29,360 bases of DNA from a virus (lineage: Duplodnaviria; Caudoviricetes), in the IMG/VR virus record IMGVR_UViG_3300035396_000245, positions 1 to 29,360 of that record, one strand, 5' to 3'. The translations under genes and the position numbers were made by a program. Shown in pieces: positions 19,627-26,959 of the stretch (positions are counted from its first letter, which is position 1; each line of letters starts with the position of its first letter). The notes beneath the pieces are model-generated. The model saw nothing but the letters and a program-made list of their open reading frames with translations. It was not told the DNA's origin and did no database searches.

Positions 19627-20219
19627 ATCTTCTCAACGTCTAATGTATTCAATAGCTTATCTGCTAATTCCTTTATTTCATTGGGACTTCTTTCTATTTG
19701 TGCTACATTTACAATAACATTATTATTGTTATTAGTTACAATTAATGGCGTTACTATATCTTTCATCCCCTGCAAGATTGCTTTTTCGTTATTCGCATCG
19801 AGTAATCCTTCGAATTTATCTGTTATCTTATCCTTAAGCGACGCTACTCTGTTGCGTACAATATTATCCACGAGTAACGTTTGCTGTGTAACAAAATCAC
19901 TGTATGCCTTAGACCAATCGGTACGCTGTCTAACACGCTTAAGTAACTTAAGATACTTGATATTTGTAACGTCAGATATTAGCTTTAGATCACCACTATA
20001 TTTAGCGAGTAGTAATTTAAACTCTGTCAACGATATCGTGACCTTAGTTATCTTAACCGGCTCATCAGTAGCATTTTCGGTGCGTGTTGCTTTCGCTTTG
20101 CGAGTGCTAGCATATAGTCTATTGCGGGCGGCAGTCTCCTCAGATGTTCTCACGACAATTTTGGATTGGTGTGGCTTTTTCGGCGGAATTGGCTTAAACA
20201 CACTGTTATCAATAGCCAT
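19623..20219 (-). CDS. Probable terminase small subunit
   Basis: 198 aa, basic, with an HTH-like segment (LLAKYSGDLKLISDVTNIKYLKLLKRV), helical oligomerisation region and NNNNNVIVNV tail. ATGA-coupled directly to terL. Confidence 0.6.
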   Translation of the reverse strand: MAIDNSVFKPIPPKKPHQSKIVVRTSEETAARNRLYASTRKAKATRTENATDEPVKITKVTISLTEFKLLLAKYSGDLKLISDVTNIKYLKLLKRVRQRTDWSKAYSDFVTQQTLLVDNIVRNRVASLKDKITDKFEGLLDANNEKAILQGMKDIVTPLIVTNNNNNVIVNVAQIERSPNEIKELADKLLNTLDVEKI

Positions 20220-20429
20220 TTATTTACTTCTCATTTTGATAACCGCTACATCATCTTGCAAGCGGTTGAGTTTATTAAGTTTTTCTTCAATTTGAAATAT
20301 TTTTGAGAGGAGAGCTTGACTTTTTTCTCTTTCTGTTTTAACATGTGTTATCAAGTACTTGACCGATAACCCCATAATTATACTCAACAATAAGATTGCT
20401 GAAAAGATAACACCGAGAAAAAACAGCAT
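20220..20429 (-). CDS. Small membrane protein (one N-terminal TM helix plus coiled coil)
   Basis: 69 aa: MLFFLGVIFSAILLLSIIMGLSV followed by a heptad-like helix. RBS GGAG; first gene of the leftward operon. Confidence 0.65.
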   Translation of the reverse strand: MLFFLGVIFSAILLLSIIMGLSVKYLITHVKTEREKSQALLSKIFQIEEKLNKLNRLQDDVAVIKMRSK

Positions 20430-20488
20430 GATAACTCCAAGTTAGGTTGGTTAAACTTATAAATTAAGTCAATTAATTTACTTAACTA

Positions 20489-20517
20489 ATCTTAATCCAT
20501 CTAAACTACTTTGTCGA
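20489..20517 (-). promoter_or_regulatory. Candidate leftward promoter of the packaging/structural operon
   Basis: Minus strand TCGACA (20517-20512) - 17 nt - TAAGAT (20494-20489), about 60 nt upstream of the 69-aa gene. Confidence 0.55.
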
Positions 20518-20573
20518 ATTATCAAGTAATTAGCTGTAACTTTAAATTACTTGCACAAACAACCTAAAAATAG

Positions 20574-20602
20574 TTTACAAACAGCTAAAATTAACTTATA
20601 CA
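20574..20602 (+). promoter_or_regulatory. Candidate rightward early promoter
   Basis: TTTACA (20574-20579) - 17 nt - TATACA (20597-20602); a hairpin (20612-20637) starts right at the predicted +1. Confidence 0.5.
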
Positions 20603-20655
20603 TATTTTATCAGCAAGCGACGAGGTGTCAGTTTGCTAATAACTAGGAGACTAAC

Positions 20656-20901
20656 ATGTACCCACTAAGCACTATTACTAGAAAAGATTTGCTTTCAGGA
20701 ATTAGCTTATATTTATTCGATGGCGAAAAATACCTAACATTAACATTGGATAACGATAAAAAATATTACTCTGTGGCTATTACGGACAATAGTAATAAAG
20801 GCGTATATCCCGAATACTTTAAAACGTTAAAAGAAGCATTAAAGCATTATAACGTTTTAAGAAATGAAATAAATTTGGACAATACCACACTAGCCAAATA
20901 A
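20656..20901 (+). CDS. Hypothetical early protein (81 aa)
   Basis: ORF with strong RBS AGGAG; C-terminal YFKTLKEALKHY is a pattern often seen in small phage early proteins. Confidence 0.7.
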   Translation: MYPLSTITRKDLLSGISLYLFDGEKYLTLTLDNDKKYYSVAITDNSNKGVYPEYFKTLKEALKHYNVLRNEINLDNTTLAK

Positions 20902-20951
20902 TAAACTTACAACCGCCAGCAACCCGCTGGCACATAGAAAGGATTACGATT

Positions 20952-21077
20952 ATGGAATATAAAAACCAATATTTTGACTCACTAGAAGATTTACAGAAGC
21001 ATTTTGCAGAAAAAGAATTTAAATCGTGGGAAAACGTAGACGAGTATTATGACTCGTTACATGTGCGAGCAAAATAA
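20952..21077 (+). CDS. Hypothetical acidic early microprotein (41 aa)
   Basis: Below the ORF-track cutoff: MEYKNQYFDSLEDLQKHFAEKEFKSWENVDEYYDSLHVRAK*. RBS GAAAGGA, with the same leader design as the next gene. Confidence 0.7.
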   Translation: MEYKNQYFDSLEDLQKHFAEKEFKSWENVDEYYDSLHVRAK

Positions 21078-21114
21078 CCAAGCCACCCAGCTGGCATAAT
21101 GAAAGGATACGACC

Positions 21115-21546
21115 ATGAAAAGAGAGACCGCAAAATTTGGTAAAGATATTGAGAAAATCAGCTATACCAAAGACAATGACAGATACGTCTATATTCAGAC
21201 AATCCTACCAAAGCGAGTAATCCAAGATTACGTTAACAGTCTTGGCATTAACGCTGGATCATACTACAGTGACGACTATGTGGACAATGAGATCCGCTAT
21301 TATAGAGTAACAGTCAAAAGACTTATCCCAGATAATTGGCCAGAAAGGGATCTCATGTGGCAAGCTATGTCTAATGTCATAGACATGTCTAAATACTCAA
21401 GAAGGTTTATGACTAGCGTGTGTAAAGATATAGTTAGTACCTTAGACACTGGCTACACTGTCATTGATATTTATGACTTATTCCATAAGCAATTAGAGTC
21501 AATTGGCGTTAGGTCTTTTGACTACCGTTCTGAATCCTTCAATTAA
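21115..21546 (+). CDS. Hypothetical early protein (143 aa)
   Basis: ORF with RBS GAAAGGA; no recognisable motif. Confidence 0.7.
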   Translation: MKRETAKFGKDIEKISYTKDNDRYVYIQTILPKRVIQDYVNSLGINAGSYYSDDYVDNEIRYYRVTVKRLIPDNWPERDLMWQAMSNVIDMSKYSRRFMTSVCKDIVSTLDTGYTVIDIYDLFHKQLESIGVRSFDYRSESFN

Positions 21547-21807
21547 ACCTCACCATGCTATCCTTATCATCCAGCCTTATCTTTTTACCTTTAAGCAATA
21601 AACTTTCAACCATGGCTTCCCAAACGCTAAATAGAGGCATTCTGGAAGCTTTCGGTGTGTGACGGGTTGCACCCCCAACCACTAAATCAATATCAATTGT
21701 ACAAAATACAGTTATCTGTCATAAGGGATACAAAAAACATTAGCTGAAATCTTTTTATTTTTTAAAAAGAATAAAGAAATATATATACAGTATTACAGTA
21801 TAACCTT

Positions 21808-21823
21808 AGCAAGAATCATGCCA
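21808..21823 (-). promoter_or_regulatory. Candidate sigma54 (RpoN) -24/-12 promoter
   Basis: Minus strand TGGCATG-ATTC-TTGCT against consensus TGGCACG-N4-TTGCW: exact GG/GC spacing, one mismatch, in an intergenic region. Confidence 0.6.
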
Positions 21824-21909
21824 AATTTATTATTAGTATAATCACAAGGTTATCTAAGGAAATGTCTGACAGGGAAAAGTTAACCTATTTTTCAAAGGTT
21901 GGTTTTCAG

Positions 21910-21938
21910 TTGACTCGAGGTAAAAAAAAAGCTAGTTT
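21910..21938 (+). promoter_or_regulatory. Candidate promoter of replication operon
   Basis: TTGACT (21910-21915) - 17 nt - TAGTTT (21933-21938); predicted +1 near 21945 coincides with the start of hairpin 21946-21979. Confidence 0.55.
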
Positions 21939-21958
21939 ACCTTTCGGTAGATACTAGC
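21922..21958 (-). terminator. Antisense-strand Rho-independent terminator in the helicase leader
   Basis: Minus strand GCTAGT-ATC-TACC-GAAA-GGTA-A-ACTAGC followed by T9; GNRA tetraloop. Confidence 0.65.
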
Positions 21959-22038
21959 AGGCGATATCTAATATCTACCACTCTACAATTTTTTTGTCAA
22001 TATCTTTTTTATATTATCGCATACGAAAGGTTTTTGTT

Positions 22039-23442
22039 ATGCCCGTTATTAAGACACCAGAGGAAATTAAGGCCGAATATCAATCCAAGCTAGCTAGGCT
22101 GCAAGGTGAAATGGAGTCCAAGCTGGAAAAAGCCGCTAATTTTTCCAAGAAAAATCCGGTTGAGATTTCTCAAGAGACTCAAAGATTATTGAGGGGGGAA
22201 ATTAAAGAAAATAATCTTGACGTAAACTTACGAGGTGGGGTCCTAAATATCAAGAATATATCAGGGGATACAGACGACTTTGTCGAAAAGATGATAAGCC
22301 GTGTCAATAGAAATTTGAGAGTGTCTGGCTACTCAACTACTTTGGCCAATATTGGGGAGGAGTGGGACTTACTCATTGAAGAGTTGACAAAGTTTAAAGA
22401 GTCCCAAATTTCAGAATTTTTGAAAGTCTACACAGATGATAACTTGGAAGAACTGACAAAGTTCCTAGCTATCCTGAAGTTAAAGAAAGAGGATATACAG
22501 AATCCACCTCTAGGACTAGATGTAGTAGTACACGCCCATATGTTACAACAAGTAAAGAAAAAATTCTTATTTCGTGGGGATAAAACTCACATGTATCCGA
22601 TCGCTTGTTGCTGGAAGGGTGTTAATGGTTGTGGTAAGTCTTGGGCTTTGAAATTTCTATGCGATAAAACATCGACAAGTTTAATGCCTCTTTTTGCAAG
22701 TAAAATTGGTGACTCAATTAGCGATATACGCAATCAATATTCTGTATATTCTACTTACTTTTTATTGTTAGATGATATCACTGAATTGAAGAAAGAAAGT
22801 GTAGGTTTGCTTAGAAACATTATTACAGACAGCTATTCCAATATCAGAAAGATGAATAATAATAAAGGTACAGATATCAGAAATAATTCTACTATATTTT
22901 TAACCGCTAATATCTCACTAGCAGATTTATTTGACGAACCTCAAGAAGTCAGAAGGTATTGGCAATTTAATTGCGTGGATAAATTACCTAAAAATGTTAA
23001 GAAAGATATCTTTGATAAGCTAGAAAAGATTAACTATACTAAGATATGGGAGAGTATTTCACTAGATAAAGAATATATAAATGCAAAAGTTTTTCAGGAA
23101 GAAATATATCCATATCAAGAAAGATGGTTACTTTACTCACAACCTATCAGTGAGTTTATTGAGAACTACTCACTATTTAGTTTTGAGGAGGATACTGAAA
23201 AAGAAGAAGTTAGATTAGATTTACTATTTAAAATGTACTTAAAATTTGTGGAGTTTACGCATAGGCAAACTAGAATGACTACAACTAGATTTAAAACCTC
23301 TCTCAATAGGCTTGGGGTTGATCCTTGCAGACAACCGACAACAAATAACCGAGTAGACAGGACTTTCTATCTTCTAAATAAATCTGCTAAAAAAGAATAC
23401 ATGGATGTTATGTATCAAGGAGTTGTGGAAGGTGAAGTATGA
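22039..23442 (+). CDS. VapE-like / superfamily 3-type AAA+ replicative helicase
   Basis: Walker A GVNGCGKS, Walker B LLLDD, motif C IFLTAN, RRYW arginine finger, winged-helix-like C-terminus. Start moved from TTG 21994 to ATG 22039 (MPVIK), which follows RBS GAAAGG. Confidence 0.82.
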   Translation: MPVIKTPEEIKAEYQSKLARLQGEMESKLEKAANFSKKNPVEISQETQRLLRGEIKENNLDVNLRGGVLNIKNISGDTDDFVEKMISRVNRNLRVSGYSTTLANIGEEWDLLIEELTKFKESQISEFLKVYTDDNLEELTKFLAILKLKKEDIQNPPLGLDVVVHAHMLQQVKKKFLFRGDKTHMYPIACCWKGVNGCGKSWALKFLCDKTSTSLMPLFASKIGDSISDIRNQYSVYSTYFLLLDDITELKKESVGLLRNIITDSYSNIRKMNNNKGTDIRNNSTIFLTANISLADLFDEPQEVRRYWQFNCVDKLPKNVKKDIFDKLEKINYTKIWESISLDKEYINAKVFQEEIYPYQERWLLYSQPISEFIENYSLFSFEEDTEKEEVRLDLLFKMYLKFVEFTHRQTRMTTTRFKTSLNRLGVDPCRQPTTNNRVDRTFYLLNKSAKKEYMDVMYQGVVEGEV

Positions 23443-25682
23443 AATTTGCGTATATAGATTTTGAGTTTAACAATACCCAAGAGAGAAAAATTAAACTTGT
23501 TAGCTGCTCAATTTTAATTGATGGTAAAACATTATCATTCTGGCTACACAATAACCTAGAGAGTCAAGCTAGTTTGAAGAAATATATTTCAGACAGACTT
23601 AATTATGTGTGGGTAAGCTATGCCGTGGAAGCCGAGGCCAGATCGTTTATTGCATTAAACTTACACCCGTTAAAATTTAAATGGTTAGATTTATATTTAG
23701 AATATAGACAAATAGTTAATCATTCTGGGTTGAGTTACGGTAAGCACTTAATAGGTGGTCAAGAGAAAGTCTTGACTAATCCGCTATCTGTAATGAATAA
23801 AGAAAATATAAGCTTTTATGAAGCTAAGGACGTTATAAAAGAAAAGAAAGGTGCTGGCGAGATTGAGAGAGGACTAGCGGCTGCTTGTTATAAGTTACTC
23901 GGTATTAGGGTTGACCTGCAAGAAAAAGAAGAAATGAGAGCAATCATTATTGCTAGTAATGCAGAGGACATTGAGAAAAATTCTGAAAGCATTGTTAAGT
24001 ATTGTGAAAATGATGTTAAATATCTACCTGATTTACTAGAAAGTATGCTTACAAAAGTTTGCCCTAAGTATTTAACCCGAGAGGAGTTTATTAATATAGC
24101 TATAAACCGTGCCAATTATTCCGCAAGAACTGCAATAATGGTTACTAATGGCTATCCTGTAGATATTGAATCGTTAAACAGGCTGACTGAAAATATCCCA
24201 AAGATAATGCAAGAGGCTAGATTAGATATAAACAAAGTATTACTAGAAAACAATTTGCCGGAGTTATTTAAAGAGCATAAATATGTCCGAGGGAAATACG
24301 CTGGCACTAGTGAGTGGAATTTTAAACAGAAAGAAACCATTGAATACATATTGCAGAACTATGATACAACCAATTGGGAAAAGACTGACAAAGGGGCGAT
24401 AAGTTTAAGTGAAGACGCTCTACACAGCAGGGGGGCTTCTAAGCACAATTTTAAACCTACAGTCTTAGATCAACTAGCTAGGTGGAAAGCTTTAGAGTCT
24501 TCACTTAGGGGGCTGAAAGAGCCAGTCAAAGCGACAAATAAAACCTTGTTTGACCATATTGGTAGTGACGCTAGGATTAGGCCATATTTCGGTATATTCG
24601 GATCACAGTCCTCTAGATCTCAGCAAACCGCCACAAGTTTTATATTCTTAAAATCCGCTTGGGTAAGATGTTTAGTGCAACCAGCAAAAGGTTTTTGCAT
24701 AATCGGTGCGGACTATTCCAGCCAAGAGTTTCTTTTGTCCGCTGTAATTTCTAAAGACAAGGCTATGGAAGAGGCTTACAACTCGGGCGATGTGTACCTA
24801 AATTTTGCTTGTACTTCTGGAATTATTACCGATCCTATGCCCAAATTTGGTACTCCAGAATATAAAGCATTCAAGAGTAAGTTTGATAATGAAAGAAATA
24901 CTTGTAAGTCTTTGGTACTAGGTTTGTCCTATATGATGGGAGCGGTATCCCTAGCTAGAAAACTAACACAGGATAGTAAAACGGGTAGAGAGTATACGGT
25001 TGACGAGGCCAAAGAATTAAAAACTTTATTTCATAAGGCGTACCCACTATTTACACAATGGCAAGAGGGTTTAATTACTAGATATCGAGAATATAAAGAG
25101 CCTATAGTTTTGCCTTGCGGCTGGAAGATGTACGGCCAAAATCCTAACTTTAGGTCTGTAGGAAATTTCCCTATTCAAGGCACAGGTGCTTCAATAATGC
25201 GAAAGGCTGTGGAACTATGTCAGGATAGTGGACTAAAAGTCATTATGACTTTACATGATGCGATATACGTTGAGGCTAAACTGGAAGATGAAAAGTTGTA
25301 CTCTGAATTATTAAATAAGTATATGAAGCAAGCTTTTAAGTATTACTTCCCGAATAGTGAAATTAGGGTGGATACAAAGTCTTGGGGTTTCGGCACTAAG
25401 AGCCCATATCAGATAGACCCGAGAGGCTTGAAAGAATGGGCTACTTATTATGAATACGTTAATCCAGAGTGGGTAAACTCAGTGACTAAAGAGCAATGGG
25501 TGGCTGCTGTAAAGAAAATTAGGTCTGAAAAGAATATAGGGTTTAAACCAGAACCTTGTTACACCCTTACACCAACTGGGGTTGAAGTCGAAGAGTGGTC
25601 GCAGGGATATAACTTCAAGTCGGAACTAGACGGCACTCGGGGGTTTACTTTTAAAGAATTAATTCCTCACCTAAACATTTGA
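23439..25682 (+). CDS. polA: Family A DNA polymerase with 3'-5' exonuclease (Leu762 type)
   Basis: ExoI YIDFEF, ExoIII YCEND, motif A ADYSSQE, motif B RNTCKSLVLGLSY, NFPIQGTGA, motif C LHDA. No 5'-3' exonuclease domain. Confidence 0.93.
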   Translation: MKFAYIDFEFNNTQERKIKLVSCSILIDGKTLSFWLHNNLESQASLKKYISDRLNYVWVSYAVEAEARSFIALNLHPLKFKWLDLYLEYRQIVNHSGLSYGKHLIGGQEKVLTNPLSVMNKENISFYEAKDVIKEKKGAGEIERGLAAACYKLLGIRVDLQEKEEMRAIIIASNAEDIEKNSESIVKYCENDVKYLPDLLESMLTKVCPKYLTREEFINIAINRANYSARTAIMVTNGYPVDIESLNRLTENIPKIMQEARLDINKVLLENNLPELFKEHKYVRGKYAGTSEWNFKQKETIEYILQNYDTTNWEKTDKGAISLSEDALHSRGASKHNFKPTVLDQLARWKALESSLRGLKEPVKATNKTLFDHIGSDARIRPYFGIFGSQSSRSQQTATSFIFLKSAWVRCLVQPAKGFCIIGADYSSQEFLLSAVISKDKAMEEAYNSGDVYLNFACTSGIITDPMPKFGTPEYKAFKSKFDNERNTCKSLVLGLSYMMGAVSLARKLTQDSKTGREYTVDEAKELKTLFHKAYPLFTQWQEGLITRYREYKEPIVLPCGWKMYGQNPNFRSVGNFPIQGTGASIMRKAVELCQDSGLKVIMTLHDAIYVEAKLEDEKLYSELLNKYMKQAFKYYFPNSEIRVDTKSWGFGTKSPYQIDPRGLKEWATYYEYVNPEWVNSVTKEQWVAAVKKIRSEKNIGFKPEPCYTLTPTGVEVEEWSQGYNFKSELDGTRGFTFKELIPHLNI

Positions 25683-25707
25683 CAAAAGATTGAGAAAGGA
25701 TTAAGAA
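25672..25707 (+). promoter_or_regulatory. Candidate internal promoter (repeat copy 1)
   Basis: TAAACATTTGACAAA, identical to 28352-28366; TTGACA - 17 nt - TAAGAA, upstream of the SSB-like gene. Confidence 0.55.
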
Positions 25708-25740
25708 AGAAAAGCACCATAAATAATAAAGGAGAAAATT

Positions 25741-26124
25741 ATGGCATTTGAACTAGTTGCAGGTAAGAAAATATTTCCAAAGTGGGGAGAAGTAGGCAAG
25801 GGCTACACAATGACGGGTATCTACAAAGGTACTACAGAGGGCAAGTTTGGCACAAACCATATCATTGAAGGCGAAGACGCTATCTGGGAAATGAAGGCAA
25901 TGGCGTTTGATTACGCTATTCAAGATGGAAAATTCAAAGTAGGCGATATGATTAAAGTTGTATATACCGGACAAGCCGCCTCCAAGAAAAAAGGTTTTTC
26001 AGGGGCACATACGTTCGAGTTTTATGTTGATAAAGATTACGTCAACACTGAGCCACAATCTGAAAAACCTGCAACCCCTACAGTAGAAAAACAAGATTTT
26101 GATCTAGATTTTGAAGAGGTTTAA
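25741..26124 (+). CDS. Putative single-stranded DNA-binding protein
   Basis: 127 aa, OB-fold-like beta pattern with aromatic residues and an acidic C-terminal tail (QDFDLDFEEV). Strong RBS AAAGGAG; next to the polymerase. Confidence 0.65.
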   Translation: MAFELVAGKKIFPKWGEVGKGYTMTGIYKGTTEGKFGTNHIIEGEDAIWEMKAMAFDYAIQDGKFKVGDMIKVVYTGQAASKKKGFSGAHTFEFYVDKDYVNTEPQSEKPATPTVEKQDFDLDFEEV

Positions 26125-26125
26125 G

Positions 26126-26959
26126 ATGGATAAGCTATCCTACTCTAGCTTGCAGACATTTAAGTCCTGCAAGCGGAAATGGTATTACAAAAAGATTGCA
26201 AAGGTTACTGTGGACTCTGATTACCACCCTTCTGATGCTTTTAACTTCGGCAAAGCTTACCATGAAATACTGGAAAAAGGTGGCCATTTCTCTTATGCCG
26301 AAATAGATACCAATGCCATATGCGAGTCGTACGGGCAGCTTGAATATTACTTAGAAATAATGGCTTGCGTCAACGCTTATTTAAATTTGCGTGTACTCCA
26401 AGCCCCGCTACGGCTGGTAAAAGCAGAATATGAAATACAGCACGAAAAGATTATTGGCTATGTTGACGCTATCCTAGAAGAGAATGACAAGTCTGGATGG
26501 TGGATTCTTGACCTGAAAACTGCTAGGTCAATTGGATCAGATTTACCTGCTAAACTTCACAACGATGCCCAACTTAATTTATATGCAAGTTTTGCTGAAG
26601 ATATAGCAAAAGACTTGATGCTAGATATATCTAAGTTTAAAGGCTGTAGGTACAACGTGGTTTCTAAACCTCAATATGTTCCAAAGAAAGACGAGGCTAT
26701 GGATGATTATTGTCTTAGAGTTAAGCCAAAGATTGCAGAGTTTATCATTCCCGTAAACAAGCTCTCCCCCGAGTATTTCAGAAGAGAAATTGAGCAGCAC
26801 TATGCTTTAATGGAAGGTATTGTTAAGGCGGAAAAGCAACCAAACTGTAATTATTCAGCTTGTTATAATTACTTTTCACCTTGCGAGTATTGGTCTAACT
26901 GTCACGGCAGCTTGTTTACTAATGGGCAAGGTTTGGAGGTAATATATGGAAATCGGTGA
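26126..26959 (+). CDS. PD-(D/E)XK exonuclease, Cas4/RecB-like, with Fe-S cysteines
   Basis: LSYSSL..C.RKWYY, GKAYHE, GYVDAI, ILDLKT, QLNLY, C-terminal C....C....PCEY...C. ATG 26126 after GAGG is preferred to TTG 26111. Confidence 0.85.
   Translation: MDKLSYSSLQTFKSCKRKWYYKKIAKVTVDSDYHPSDAFNFGKAYHEILEKGGHFSYAEIDTNAICESYGQLEYYLEIMACVNAYLNLRVLQAPLRLVKAEYEIQHEKIIGYVDAILEENDKSGWWILDLKTARSIGSDLPAKLHNDAQLNLYASFAEDIAKDLMLDISKFKGCRYNVVSKPQYVPKKDEAMDDYCLRVKPKIAEFIIPVNKLSPEYFRREIEQHYALMEGIVKAEKQPNCNYSACYNYFSPCEYWSNCHGSLFTNGQGLEVIYGNR

Noticed and set aside
19681-20295. 204-aa plus-strand ORF opposite terS
   Set aside because: TTG start, no RBS, and fully antisense to coupled operon genes; its hydrophobic composition mirrors the K/E/N-rich sense frame.
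20926-21110. TGGCAC/TGGCAT in the early-gene leaders as extra sigma54 sites
   Set aside because: No TTGC at the -12 position; they are better explained as hairpin 3' arms.
21547-22038. Possible CRISPR mini-array, prompted by the Cas4-like gene
   Set aside because: No 25-40 nt direct repeats with spacers; only short 7-8 nt repeats (CCTTATC, TACAGTAT).
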